64,000 nt of DNA from Paramecium tetraurelia (lineage: Eukaryota), in assembly GCA_000165425.1 (NCBI GenBank), contig CT868673.1, positions 62,001-126,000 of the forward strand, in the 5' to 3' direction. The translations under genes and the position numbers were made by a program. A model generated the notes under the pieces. It worked only from the letters and a program-made list of their open reading frames with translations. It searched no databases and had not been told where the DNA came from. Positions 50,001-62,745 of the stretch are shown one piece after another. How positions within the stretch are numbered: position 1 is the first letter of the stretch; every line of letters starts with the position of its first letter.

Positions 50001-53000
50001 CTATGAACTTATTTCTATGAATTAGTCTTTTTCATAATGGCCTTAAATTATTTATCAACGTTTTCAAACAAAGCATTTTCTTCCCTTCAATTTGGTTTTT
50101 ATGTCCTGACTGGCAAAAATATTTTCCAAATAAATCCAATTTTTCTAAACTTATAACCAATCATCCAAAGTTTCTTATGCAATCAACACATCCTTTTATA
50201 ATTTTTCAGCTCTCTTTCTCAACAATCTTCAAGTATCTACTACCCAATATATTATTTAAACTTGCCAAGAAATCATCTAAGGCAGCTTATAATTCGTCTA
50301 TTTCAGTGAGCACATAAACTTCCTTTGTTCCTTAGGTTTTCAGGCTTATAGTTAACACATGTAAATTCAAGAGCCTTCCACTTTTACTCAATATCATTAA
50401 ATTAGGCATCCAATACAGCTTCCTAGGTAGCCTAAGTAGCAACTTCTTATATCTGTTCTTAATAGATTCCAACCTTCATGTCCATTAAATTTCTTAATGT
50501 AAATGTTTCAGTGATCTCAAAGTCTTATTTCAGAATCTCCTATTTGATTTGCACCCAATGATAATCTTTTAAATTTTTATTTCTTAATGCCAATACTACA
50601 GGCATAGTATCTTTGAATGAAAATACCTTATCTTTCAATTCGTCTAAAACTTGATTTGCTGGTAATCCCTTAGAACATCTATTGACAATCTTGGTATAAT
50701 ATTCTCCTTTGGCCTTAATTTCATCTGTGTTGATATCTATAAATTTTCCATCAATCCATGATTAAGTTAATTCAATCCACTCCTTTGTAGACTTCCACAT
50801 TGAATACCTGAGATTCAAATCATTCCTTAAATCCTCTAAACTCTAGAATTAAGAAGTAGGTAATCCTAAAGTGCTTTCATAATGTCTGTATTTCTTAGCA
50901 TCTGCTTCTAGTTTCTTACATTATTCATCGCATTCTCCTAACTCTTTAATGGCTTACTCTAAACTCAATCCAGCATCAATATATTTTTTATCTTAGATAA
51001 TTCCATCTAAAGCACCAATCTACTTCTCCAATTGAGGAATAAGGATATGTTGGACATCTCTTGCAAATCTATCAAGTTTAGATTCTGCTCCTTCTTCTGC
51101 ATGATGAATAGCTTATTCCAATAGATTTTATGCTTAAATGATATCAACTACATATGCTTGTTTGTCTTCTTTCTTCACCTCTATCTTATATTCATCAAGA
51201 TATATTATATATGTGACCAACAAGTGAAATCTTAGATTTGATTTTATTTAATTATTTTTGAATCAATTTCAATGAATTACTTTGCTTAACAAATTCATCA
51301 ATATTTGTAGTAGCTCCTTTCAAAGCAGCTGTTGATGATTATAACCATTCCTTTAATTCTTTGCACCTATTTCTTAACATTGGTTATATAAACGCATCAA
51401 ATTACTTCAATAATTCAGCTGGTAGAGGTTCCAACTTCTTTTTTAATTCAACAGAATCAATCTTAAACAATCCTTGCATACTTTCAATAGGAATGTCCTT
51501 CTAAAATTATTCCTTCTGCATATTGAGTACTGCAATCGTGTACTAAAATGTGTCTCCAGGATGTGCCAATTTCTCATCTTTGAAAATATCTATATTAATC
51601 TATTTGTCTTCCCAATAAGTCAATAAATGTTTGTTAAAATACTTCTCAATGTATTTATCAGCTCTTTCGAATGCTTTTTCTAGAATATTCTTAACAACTC
51701 CTGTAAATGTTTCAAGTGGTGCTGAATCCAACCAATCTGAAGGATTCAAATAGTTAGATTCTGGATGTCCCCACTCTTCACCAACCATATCATCCCATTC
51801 TTCCAACACAGCAACGTATTAAGTCATATCGTTGTGTCTGCTCCATCTCTCAAACGCTTAAATTGCATTCAATCCCTCTCCTATACACTTTACAATATCA
51901 GCATGAAATGTATTCAGTTATGGTTTTTTAAAAATCCAATGCTTAGAAATATTGGGAATCACTATTCTTTTATAAATTTTATTTTCATCATAAGTTCCTC
52001 CGTCAGTCTCATCTTCTTCACTATCATCATCAACCTTGCCCTTCTTACCTCCTTATGGTTTTTCTGCTTGCTTTTGCTCTTCTGTCTTTTCTTCTTGTAA
52101 ATGAGCATGATATAGTATATGAAAATCATCGACAGTGCTATTACCAAAAGGTTGAGGTATGAATTCTGGGATGTCTTCAGTTTACATATCTTCTGAAGGT
52201 ATTTAATCGAAGGTGCAATCTAACTTAATCACAAAGAGAGGTTCATCAAATCTGATTGGGGGTTTGTTGCTTGCTTCAAATGTGACATTGAAATCATCAA
52301 TTGATTCTAAGGATTTTAACTTGGATATCAAGTCTCTCACTGAGAGTGTATAAATGTTGCTCAGACTTTCCATTGCTAAAAAATCAACTAGATATGAAAA
52401 GCGCAAGAATTTCGAACATTCTTTCCTTAACTATGATCTTTTCTCATATGTCATGCTATCTGGGAATTATAGGGTTTCATATGCAATTTCTCTTGTTCTG
52501 AACACATTCGTTCCGGTATCTCTTGGAGCATTTCCACCGAATTATTCATCATTTTAAGGTACATAGTTCTACTTTCTTAGAATATCCAATGATTTATCAT
52601 ATCCACTTTACACAACTTTTCTACATGCTTGAGAATATGATCTAATTTTGAGACTCACTTTATTCCTATATTGATCCTATAATTATTTGAACTATTCTAA
52701 AGTAAATGTGCTATCATTCATGGTCAATTAATGAGATGTTTCAAATCCGATGAAACGACAAGACTCCATCATTTCATAGGTATTTTTTCTAACTGTAAGT
52801 AGAGTTTCTCTCATGATGGGGTTCAATAAGAAATATTTGTCCAAAAGAGCATTCTAAATTGTTTTGGTTTTGTGTTTGATCACATTGCTCTTCCACATCT
52901 TAAGGGTTTTCCATTTTCTGAATTTGGTAAAGAATTTCAATGATTTAATTTGATGATAGGTCTGTCTTTCTCTGAGCCAGTTTCTAAGTGGTATGAATTC

Positions 53001-53752
53001 GGTGGGCTTGCCATTAATGTAATGACATAATCCTTTTCTTGAAATGGTGTAATATTCTTTAATTTCAGTTTTCTTATCATCACCTTTAATGGTTTTATAA
53101 TCCACAACTGCCAACATGTAAGGATCATCTTAGCCATCTTCTTCTTCTCTTACAAGATAAATATATTCATCCACACTTGTTGTATTACTCAGAATAAGGT
53201 CTATGTATTTGTCTAACTTGGATTTGGTTTCCTTCTCAGTAACCCCAAACTCTTCATCGTGTGCCAATGTTTCCTTAAATGGACTTTAAATACGTGGATC
53301 TGAATCAAGAGGTTTGAGTTTGAAACGAGATCCTAGTGAACTCATGCCAGTTTTTCGCATTAAGTAGTTACGCTCCTCTTCTGGCATGATGGCCAAGTAT
53401 TTTTAATCGATTTAGAACTTACCCGATAATTTGTCTACGAGGTATTTGGTTCTGTAGAGCTCATCTACATTTTATTTGAAGGTTGTCCCCATGGTCATTC
53501 TCAGTGGGTCCAGTTTTTGCTTGCTTTATTGAGCAACCAGTTTGGGCACTAACTACAAATAGGGAGATTGAATTACTTATTGTTGGGTTCGAGTGACTGG
53601 CCTTTTCTGCTAACCTCCTCGATCATACAATCGAGATTTTAATTGCAACTGATTTGGGGATTTCTAATTATGAATATCACGCGCATTACCACATTTCGCA
53701 ATTATTCGTGTTCATCCTAATCTTCGTATTCCTGAGACTAGAAGAATGACAT
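41008..53752 (-). CDS. Axonemal inner-arm dynein heavy chain, DNAH6-like, with at least 14 apparent frameshifts in this sequence
   Basis: P-loops [27 protein letters not shown] and GVGGSGKQS. Also [57 protein letters not shown] and GQSTNYV...[11 protein letters not shown]. The N-terminal YYTISRKG...W...[10 protein letters not shown]...WK motif is typical of DNAH6. Confidence 0.93.
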
Positions 53753-54021
53753 TTTTCAATATATTAATTATTTAAGTTATCATTTTTTGTAATTTGTTTT
53801 TATTAGGAATTACCAAATCAAATATAATATCGGCAAAAGAATTCTCCTTTTGCTCACATGACTGGATGGAGGGACGAGAAGAGAGAGAGGGAGAAATTAA
53901 ATTCTATAAATATAAACTTTTTAAAATGGACTCAATTTTGATCTAAAATTTATTTGCTAATCTTAAACATGGTTTTAAATAGAAGGTATGATAATTCCAT
54001 TATAAAAATTAATTAATACGA

Positions 54022-57000
54022 ATGTATACTGTTTATACGTCATAAAATGGCTCAATTGCTCTTAATAACTGCTTGACTTTGCCCTACGACACTTTATTGA
54101 GGGTCGTTCTGTGCTCGAGAAACATCTTCTCATCCACTCCAGTACTCATCACAAATATTCAACATTCGACTCGTTCTCCCTCGAAGAAAGGTTCTCCAAG
54201 GAAACCATAGAAAGGCTATAAGAAAATTCTAAGAGGAGATGAAGAAGCCTTATTGCCGATGCCCTTCTACTCCGTCTACGAGCCCTATCGATATAATATA
54301 TCGAATGATGGAGACTATGTGTTTGAGATCAAATGTCGGCAATTAGGCCCAAGTTTCCTCAGAATAATCTGGTTAGAATCTAGATGATAGAAAGATTCAG
54401 GAAATGGGATAGCCTTTCCATTTTTTTAGTGTGGAATCAATTAATGTTTAATCTCAAAGATTTGACCATTTAGACAGTCTTACCAAATTTAGTAAAGAGA
54501 TGGGATTTGGAAGGGTTTTAAGCATTTCATTTGTGTCCCATACAGGAAGTATCTCATAGCCTATATGCGATTAAGGATCATTTGAGTATAAAATACTTTC
54601 GAGATTTCGAGGAACTACATAATTTTATCTAATCGTCTAAAAAGATCTTTTTCATCGATGTAGTGTTGAATCACACTGCGAAGGAGAGTCAATGGTTGGA
54701 TGATGAAGAATGCGTGTACAACGAAAGAACTGTTCCGCAACTAACATCGGCTCTTGAATTGGATTTCGCTTTAGAATAGGTATAGAAATATGAGGATATC
54801 GAAAAAGTGATAAAGGCATTTAGAATTGAGGAGTACTTCTAGATTGATTTGCGAAAGATAGATTGGATGGAGTTTCAAGTGGAGAATGAGAATGCAAATA
54901 GTGATGATGATGATGATGATGATGATAATATATTCATGGAATCCAATCAGGAGAAAAATATAAAGTTGATCGAAATGTATTTGTCAAATTTTGGAGTGTC
55001 CAGATATGGAGTATCCTTTAATTTCAGGAGGTTTTAGCAGGAATTAGGAACTCATCAATTGACTGTCAGTCAAATTCTGAAGGCTTTAAAATGTATTAAT
55101 GAAAAATAATTCAAAAGGGCCAAGTAATATGAAGCAGAATCTATAGCTAATAATTAAGCGCATTATTAAAAGTATGGGTGTGTTTAGAAGTACTTCTACA
55201 AATTGAAGAGTTGGTATGCTGCCTATAATGGTTATGTGGATAACATTGATCCCGAAGAAGACTTCGTAACCAGCCAAAACTTCCATTATCTCAGACACAC
55301 TGTCAACAAATGGAATGTAATTAAACTACGCTATGGCAACAAACGAGACACTCCACTATTGCTGAATCGAATGAAACAGTACATCTGTCAGATGGCTCGT
55401 TATTTTCATGGCATTCGATTGGACAATTGTCATGGCACTCCTCTGACAGTTAGCTAATACTTACTGAAACATGCTAGAATGGAGAATCCTAAATTATTGG
55501 TGTTTGCTGAATTGTTTGGTTGCTCATACAAATAGTAAATTAAGTATATGAGTAAATTAGGATTGAATGGATAAGTGGACGAATTATTTTATTGTAGGAA
55601 CGCATCCGCCATAGTTCATAAATTATAAACTTGTGCTTTCATCCCTCAAATCTCAGGACCCTACAGATTAATTTATGATTAAACTCACGACAATTAACCA
55701 CCAATTGTTTCATCTCAAGGACCAGGCTATCTCATGTCCTTAGTATCAGCCTTATCCTTCAGTAGCTAATTCAAAGGAACTACCAAATTAGTCGATGAGT
55801 TCTATGATAAGCACATTAGTTGTGTCTATGAAAATCGTTATTACCCTCAAATCAATTAATAACTATACGATATAGAAAAACGACCTATCACTTTCATGTG
55901 GAAACACACTCCTCCAATTTCAAGTAGTTCAAATCAAGGAGCAGCACTTCCAAAAGTAGTTAAATTAAAAGGTTCATTTGATAATTGGTAATAAGAATAT
56001 TTCCTTTAAAATGATCAAGAAAACCCTAAATATTTTACTTGTCAGATAGAATTATCACCAGGTGTTTATGAATATAAATACATTATCGATGATGTATGGA
56101 CAGTAGATGAAAATCAATAAACGAATCATATGAATAATATAATTGAAATTAAACCCATCAAAGCTTACTCATCATTGACTTTCATTCGGTAACTTACCTA
56201 AAATTAAATATCACACACCTATATGGAGTCTATTCATGAGTAAGTCATGATTATCACCAGATGTCAAGAGGATCATTTATAGAATGAAACAATTGTTATT
56301 TGTTTGAGACCCATCATTCGTAAAATTAAACTGTATTCCAAGATATCAAGTATATTGTATCAATACTCATTCCAATACAGCGGAAAAGAAACTCAGAATC
56401 TCGATGACGAGATCAAAGTCAAAGAGCATTACATAGATGTCACCACTTCCTATGCTAAAATCAACGATGATATTTTATCCATCAATGCTCCCACCTCTTG
56501 TGTTATCATTTTGTAATGTGAACCTATTTTAGAAATACAAAAACTAAACGAGTTCCTGTTGACTCCCTTTAATTGTGATGACGATATGAATCTTCTATAT
56601 CAACCTTTGATAAATCATTATGAAGTACCAGGATGTGGTGTACTCTGCTATTCAGGATTGTATGGAGTATTGAGGTTTATCAATAAGATTGAAACTCTCA
56701 AAGACCCATTCATACAACACATTCGAGAAGGTGATTGGCTTATCGATTATTTATGCGATAATCATTCTTGTTTGGTACCAATTCTAACAATAATCAAATA
56801 ACTGCCTTCAGTCTTTAAACCCCATTACTTCATTAAATGCATAAAGCATATTGTGCAGAGCATTGAAGACAAATATACTCAACACAGAGAGATTTTCTTT
56901 AAATAAATTGATATCTTATCCTCTTATTTTACCAACTACGATTTCATTAAAGGCAGAGAAACCTTTATGAGTTTCAAGGGTATTTTGATTTTGACAAGTA

Positions 57001-58229
57001 AAAATTCATATGTTATTTTTAGATAAGGTTGTCGAAGCCAAAGCCTTGATTTTTAAGTATGGTAACCTAATGCAACATGGCCTCATTCCTAATTCATTAA
57101 AACCACTCAGATATAACACCAGGGACACATGCTTTTGGTGGATCAAGGCCATCCGTGATTATGTAACGTATACTGATGATTTCTCGATCATTAGTTTATT
57201 GCAAGAATAAATTCAATGCATTTTCCAATCTCATGCAACAGGCATCAAATTTAAGGAGATATATGTAAATGATGACACTGACAAAGAAGTAATTCATTAG
57301 TATTTATTATAGGGTCTGGTTGTGGAGCTTAAACTGGATTCAGAAACTGGTTTCATTATGGGAGGCAACTACAAGAATTGTTTGACTTGGATGGACAAAA
57401 TGGGATCAGGCACACTAAATAAAGGATATCCTGCTGCATCCAGAGATGGTGCCCCTATTGAGTGTACTGCATTGTTAAAAGCATGTCTCGATTTCATTGG
57501 GAAGATGCATCAATAGAACAAATTTACTTATCCAGGAATTAAATTAATGAATAGGACGGTCACTTGGAGAGCATGGTCGGATTTTATTTGCCAGCATTTT
57601 GAAAAGAGCTATTACATTCCTGTTGATCCCTCCTATTACAGTGAATATTAGGTGATTGAGAAACATGTAAGGAGGAAAGGAATCTATAGAGACATCTTTA
57701 GATGTTCAAAACCTAGATCTGAATATCAATTAAGACCCAATTCTTGTATTGCTATTGCTTTGGCTCCAGAATTGTTTTAAAAAAATCATGTCATACACCA
57801 TTTAGCATTGATTGAATCCAATTTGATGAGTCTAAACTCACTTGGCTTAAGCACTCTGGATCCTATTGCAAGTGAATACAGTGGAAAATATATTCAATTG
57901 ACTGATCGGTTCAATGCCTAAGATGGATTCTCCATTCACAATGGATCTGAATTTGTATTCTTGCTTGGATATTATCTGAAGGCATTGCTCAAAATTCATA
58001 AACAGGATATCAAGAAAGAAATATTTTATGCCTATCTTGCTCCCATCAAACAACATCTAAAGGAATAGTAAGATATTAATATTTATATTCTAGTTATTCT
58101 TTACCAGATTTCACTGATTATAATGGACAATTAAGTGAGTTTGCTCAAAAATCCTCTATATTAAGCATTGCACTTTTAAAAGAGGCCATTTTCGATTTAG
58201 AGGAATTTAGTTAAAAACTATAAAAATGA
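54022..58229 (+). CDS. Eukaryotic-type glycogen debranching enzyme (AGL/Gdb1 family) with an inserted CBM48-like domain
   Basis: IDVVLNHTA, IKLRYG, FHGIRLDNCHGTPL, VFAELF, YDQTHDN, HGLIPN, RYNTRD, TWMDKMG, RDGAPIE, YQLRPN and APELF. TGA at 58227-58229. Confidence 0.88.
54903..54926 (+). repeat. (GAT)8 coding microsatellite, poly-Asp
   Basis: gatgatgatgatgatgatgatgat, in frame inside the debranching enzyme gene. Confidence 0.9.
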
Positions 58230-58284
58230 ATATTTGATCATTGCTATTAATAATTAATTTCAATTTAGATTAATGTTGATATAA

Positions 58285-59168
58285 TCAAGACTTTGATTGA
58301 GTCATCAATCTTAATTGTTATTACAATAGAAAGGTTTCCTCTATCAATGCTTACAAATACTAGTCTTTCAAGTCTTCCTGCTATCTTATTTACTTGTTGA
58401 ATCTCTCTTGAGCAGCAACCATAGACTTGTTTTTCTCATATCTCTTGATGATACTTTCCAAATCTTGGCCTTCAAGTTTGGGCTTTCTAATTATCCCCGT
58501 TTCCTTGAAATGAAGGATTTCTTATTCTAAGTACTTCTTCTGATTGATCAAATTTTATATTTATCTAAATACATTTGAAATGCTCTATACTTATCTTTTG
58601 ATGAGTTTTATTAATTCAAAGAGGATTTATGAAAAGGCTCATAGGATATTTTCTTAACATTAACTAATGTAGATTTGCCAATCAACAATTGATCGCCTAC
58701 ATAATCATGGCCTTCAAATTTATGGGGTATTATTATTTTAGCTTATTTCATTGTTGATAACTTTTATTTCATTTGCTCATGCAACTCTATATTTTATTTT
58801 TTTAATTCTTCAATAACCTTCTATAATTCCTTTATTTATTCTATTGCTGGACCCAAACTCTCTTCTAAATTACTAATTCCTTAATTAGATTTGCTATTTA
58901 TAATATTAAAAACTAACTGTTAATTTGACTTTTATTGTGTATTTTAATCATTTAATTTATCATTTGCTTTATTTGATGCAATGGCTTTAGTGATTTATGA
59001 ATATGTTATTGGTTCTTTCTCATATATCTCCAATCTAATTTTCAATGTTTTATTGTGCGATAATAGTACTCTTAATTCAAAGTGATAATCATATATAAAT
59101 ACCATCACTTAAATGTTTGATATACATTTAGGAATGACTGAGGGGATCTGATGCTTATTTAATTTCAT
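58285..59168 (-). CDS. Coiled-coil hypothetical protein
   Basis: MKLNKHQIPSVIPK.... A 26-nt intron (gtatagagcatttcaaatgtatttag) restores the frame. Ends QLRLMTQSKS-TGA. Confidence 0.6.
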
Positions 59169-60048
59169 TAATCCAATCAGAAGAGATTGTTAGTTGCTTT
59201 TGTTTATTCATAAATAAAATAATAAATTGTTATTAGTTCAGAAAAATAAAATTTCCTATAATGTATTTAATGATTGATTAAAAAAATATAAGGAAAAGCT
59301 CTCAAGTATTATATTATATATTGCCCTCATAGCTATATTGAATAGTAAAAGAATCAATTACAATATAGCCAATATTATAATTATACTGATATATTTTAAA
59401 CAAGTTTACAGAGTTTATAAATATTCAAAGTAATCTTTTAAAATATTGAAATTAGACTAATATATATTGTATTTCTCATTAATATAATGGCAGAACACAT
59501 AATACGAAATGATTTTTGAGAATAAATTGAAAATAAAAAGAGAACTTATAAAATATCGAATTTTAAATATTTTCTAAAATATATTTATGTCTCTTTACCA
59601 TTCATGATCCCTCCCTTCTTTATGAAATGCATGTATCTCGCTCAAAATTCAAAGATCGAATAAAAAGCTTAGAAACAGTATTTTCCTAAAAATTCAAACT
59701 GAATTAATCAATTATTTTATAAAGAATTTTATCTGAAACTTACAAAGTTATCTTAGAGTACTTATTCAAAAAAGCAAAGAGAAACAATTTGATTAAGATA
59801 TAAATTAGTTTTGAAGTTTGTAATATGGTGAATCAATCTTCTAAATTTGAACTAGTACTGTTTTCGTACGAGTTCCTATTTTCATAGTAATATACAATTG
59901 TTTATGATAAAATAGATCGTATGATTTTAAAATCTTGATTGGTTGTGTATTATTTGTAAATACTTGAGATTCTTGACTTTCTGGCTGTTGTAATTTAGTT
60001 ATCATCGCAGAGTTACTCTATGATCTTTAATTAATACATTAATAAAAT

Positions 60049-61073
60049 ATGCTTCTTGACATAATATTACTTTTAAGTTCTTCTACATTTGCTCTTCTCT
60101 TTTAAGTTGACGAACTGGGAGAATCGATACATGATAGTGCCAAATTGTTTATATTAGGAACACTTATTACGGAATTCCCATGGATGCTGATAGGAATAAT
60201 CTCTTTTTTATGGATTAAGGAGGGTTTCAAAACTAAGGATGGTCATTAACAAGAAAAACATCAAGCAAACCCTGCAGTTATTATACATCATGCGAGGGAA
60301 GGAGCGACGGCCACCTCGGCAGAATATGTACAACCGGTCATTGAGGCCGTATAAATCTTTGACTATGTTACTGGAGAAAGCCAATATGCTATCATACAGA
60401 AAACTGAGAAGAGCTTATTGACTCAATTAGGAGTTACGTTGAAGAATACAATATTGTTGGAGAAGGGGAGACCACAGGATGCAAGTTGTAATTCCAAATT
60501 AATCTCGCATATTGATCAATAAAAGAGAGCCAATAATTAGAATATATCTATTATTTACGAGGACAACAGTGAGTATCAACAAAACCAGATTAAGCCTCAT
60601 GTTTCCATTCCATTCAAAATGGGGGATTTTGATAAATAGATGGGGGAAATAATTCAGGCAGAAATATTGTCAGGGGAATATTCGGTCGAGAACAAAGTAG
60701 TTCATACAAAATTAAAGTATGAACAGGCTTTGATTTCAATTTTAATAAGTATCAATCAAAATATTACAATTAAGTCTCGGTAATTCCACAAGTTGAAGGT
60801 TTGATTTTCAGGTTTTTTAACTCACTTCTATTCGGAGTTGTCCTTCATTCAGCAGTGCAAAGAAAAAGTTTACTCACGTTTTCTCATTTAATATACTTGA
60901 TTATTCTATTAACAAGTTGTGTAGTTGCCTATATATTTGGATATTATTATCAATCTATCAATATTAGACAATTCCTTTTGGGAGGTCTATTATGGTCATT
61001 TCAACATGTCAACCCAAACTTATGTTTACTAGTATTTCCTATACCAACATTACTGTTTTTTGCAGGCTTATGA
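60049..61073 (+). CDS. Multi-pass membrane protein with a large soluble loop
   Basis: Two N-terminal hydrophobic segments, a hydrophilic region of about 170 aa, then several C-terminal TM segments. One 26-nt intron. TGA at 61071-61073. Confidence 0.7.
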
Positions 61074-61294
61074 ATTTCAATTCAATTAAAATATTAAATT
61101 GCTCAGACTTGATGTATATTTATATGTATATCGAGTTTTATATAGATATTTAAACTCCATAATTTCAATATTTTTTTGATATAATATCTCATATATATGT
61201 ATGTATATGTAGAGAAGGAATTATTGTTTAATTAGTTTTTAGAATATATAATGAAAGATATTGAAATATAAATGTTGTAAATTTAACGATTTGA

Positions 61295-62091
61295 TCAACA
61301 TTTAAATTGAATTAACACGGAATCACCTAATTTGATCCAATTTTGCAGTCCTTTCTAAAATTCTGATAAATTTAATGAGATGTTATTTAAATTAAATGTT
61401 GTATCAATAGAATTGACAATGTAAACATTTTTATATGTTGGCGTTTGTCTTAGAATTTCCAAACCTCAAATAATGAATACGAACTACTTTCTAAAATATA
61501 GGTTGCCTTTTCCAATAATTGATAATCATTAGTAGATTTAGCTAATTTGATAACATCATATGCTCTTGATTATTTGTCCATCCAAATTTATTCTTAGGTA
61601 TCAATGTTATTAACTTAGATTTCATAATGTTGATTAATCAAATTGATAACTTCATCCTTTCTTTACTTAATCAATTTGAAAATGAGGGCAAAAGTTTATT
61701 CAACTTCCTTTAACACTTTTTGTTTTGATTCCTCGAATGTTAGTTTTGTATGTCTAATGTCTACAAGAACAGTTTCTGTTTTTTCTAATCTCAAGATTCC
61801 TATTTTGAATATACTAAAGAGAGCAATTACCATCTTTCGCAGCCTGATCCATAGATGATCGAATAACTTTGGTAGCTTTGTCCATCTAATCAACCAGATG
61901 TCCTTTGTGATCTCCAAACATCAAACAAGTCGGACAAATAAGACTAGATAAATACAATGGGAATACACATGACAAGAAGTGCAGAAGGCTTCTAGTTGTC
62001 TTTTATGAACTGTGCACTCTCCAACTCTGAGAGTATCTTCACTATTGAGTTGCTTAGTGGATGGTCCTGATTTGAGTTATTCTGATATCAT
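61295..62091 (-). CDS. B-box zinc finger plus coiled-coil protein
   Basis: CTVHKRQLEAFCTSCH/VLICPTCLMFGDHKGH after splicing a tiny intron. Ends VLIQFKC-TGA. Confidence 0.8.
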
Positions 62092-62223
62092 ATAAATTTT
62101 ATTAATATCTAAAAGTGAAATCACACATTCAAATTAAAAGTTTGTTTGACAAATAAGTGACTAGAGTTGGCATTATATGTTGAATGATTAATGTATTTAA
62201 ATGTACGATATGTTATAATAACT

Positions 62224-62635
62224 TCACAATCCCTTAATTTTATCTTCGACGAATTGTTTTTCATTTTCACTAACTTCAATTGCAAAATGTTTGAGTGCAA
62301 CAGATGAACACTTTCTTGATTTGATCTTTTTAGTTTTAGTAAGGAATTTAGAAATACCAATCCATTCTCCCAACAAAGCTCCTTTTTCTACTTTCCAAAC
62401 AGGGATTTAGAATTATTTAGCCAAAGCAACAATCAATTTCTTGTATGTGTCTTCAGTGCAATCATCAGCCAAAACCACGAATTTTGCCTAGAATGAAGAG
62501 TATTCATACTTGTTTGCTTTCAATGGCTTTGCACACTTCGTGGACTCCCTTAGCCAACAATCCTCTATGTAATGATGTTTAAACAACTCTCTTTAAGGTT
62601 GTGAGTTCTTCTGATAATTACTCGACTTCTGCCAT
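62224..62635 (-). CDS. RPS12: 40S ribosomal protein S12 (eS12)
   Basis: LKRVVQTSLHRGLLAKGVHEVCKAIE.../AKFVVLADDCTEDTYKKLIVALA...LLGEWIG...RKCSSVALKHF. One intron. Confidence 0.9.
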
Positions 62636-62745
62636 AATAAATAATTTAAATCTTATTTAAATTAAGAAACTCTCTCTTATGAAATATTACAAAGTAAAGT
62701 AAAAAATATACAATCACAATTATTTTCATTTCTATTGAAGCTATT

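Noticed and set aside
41008..53752. Euplotes-style programmed ribosomal frameshifting in the dynein gene
   Set aside because: TAA and TAG are sense codons here and the shift sites share no slippery or stop motif. Assembly error is more parsimonious.
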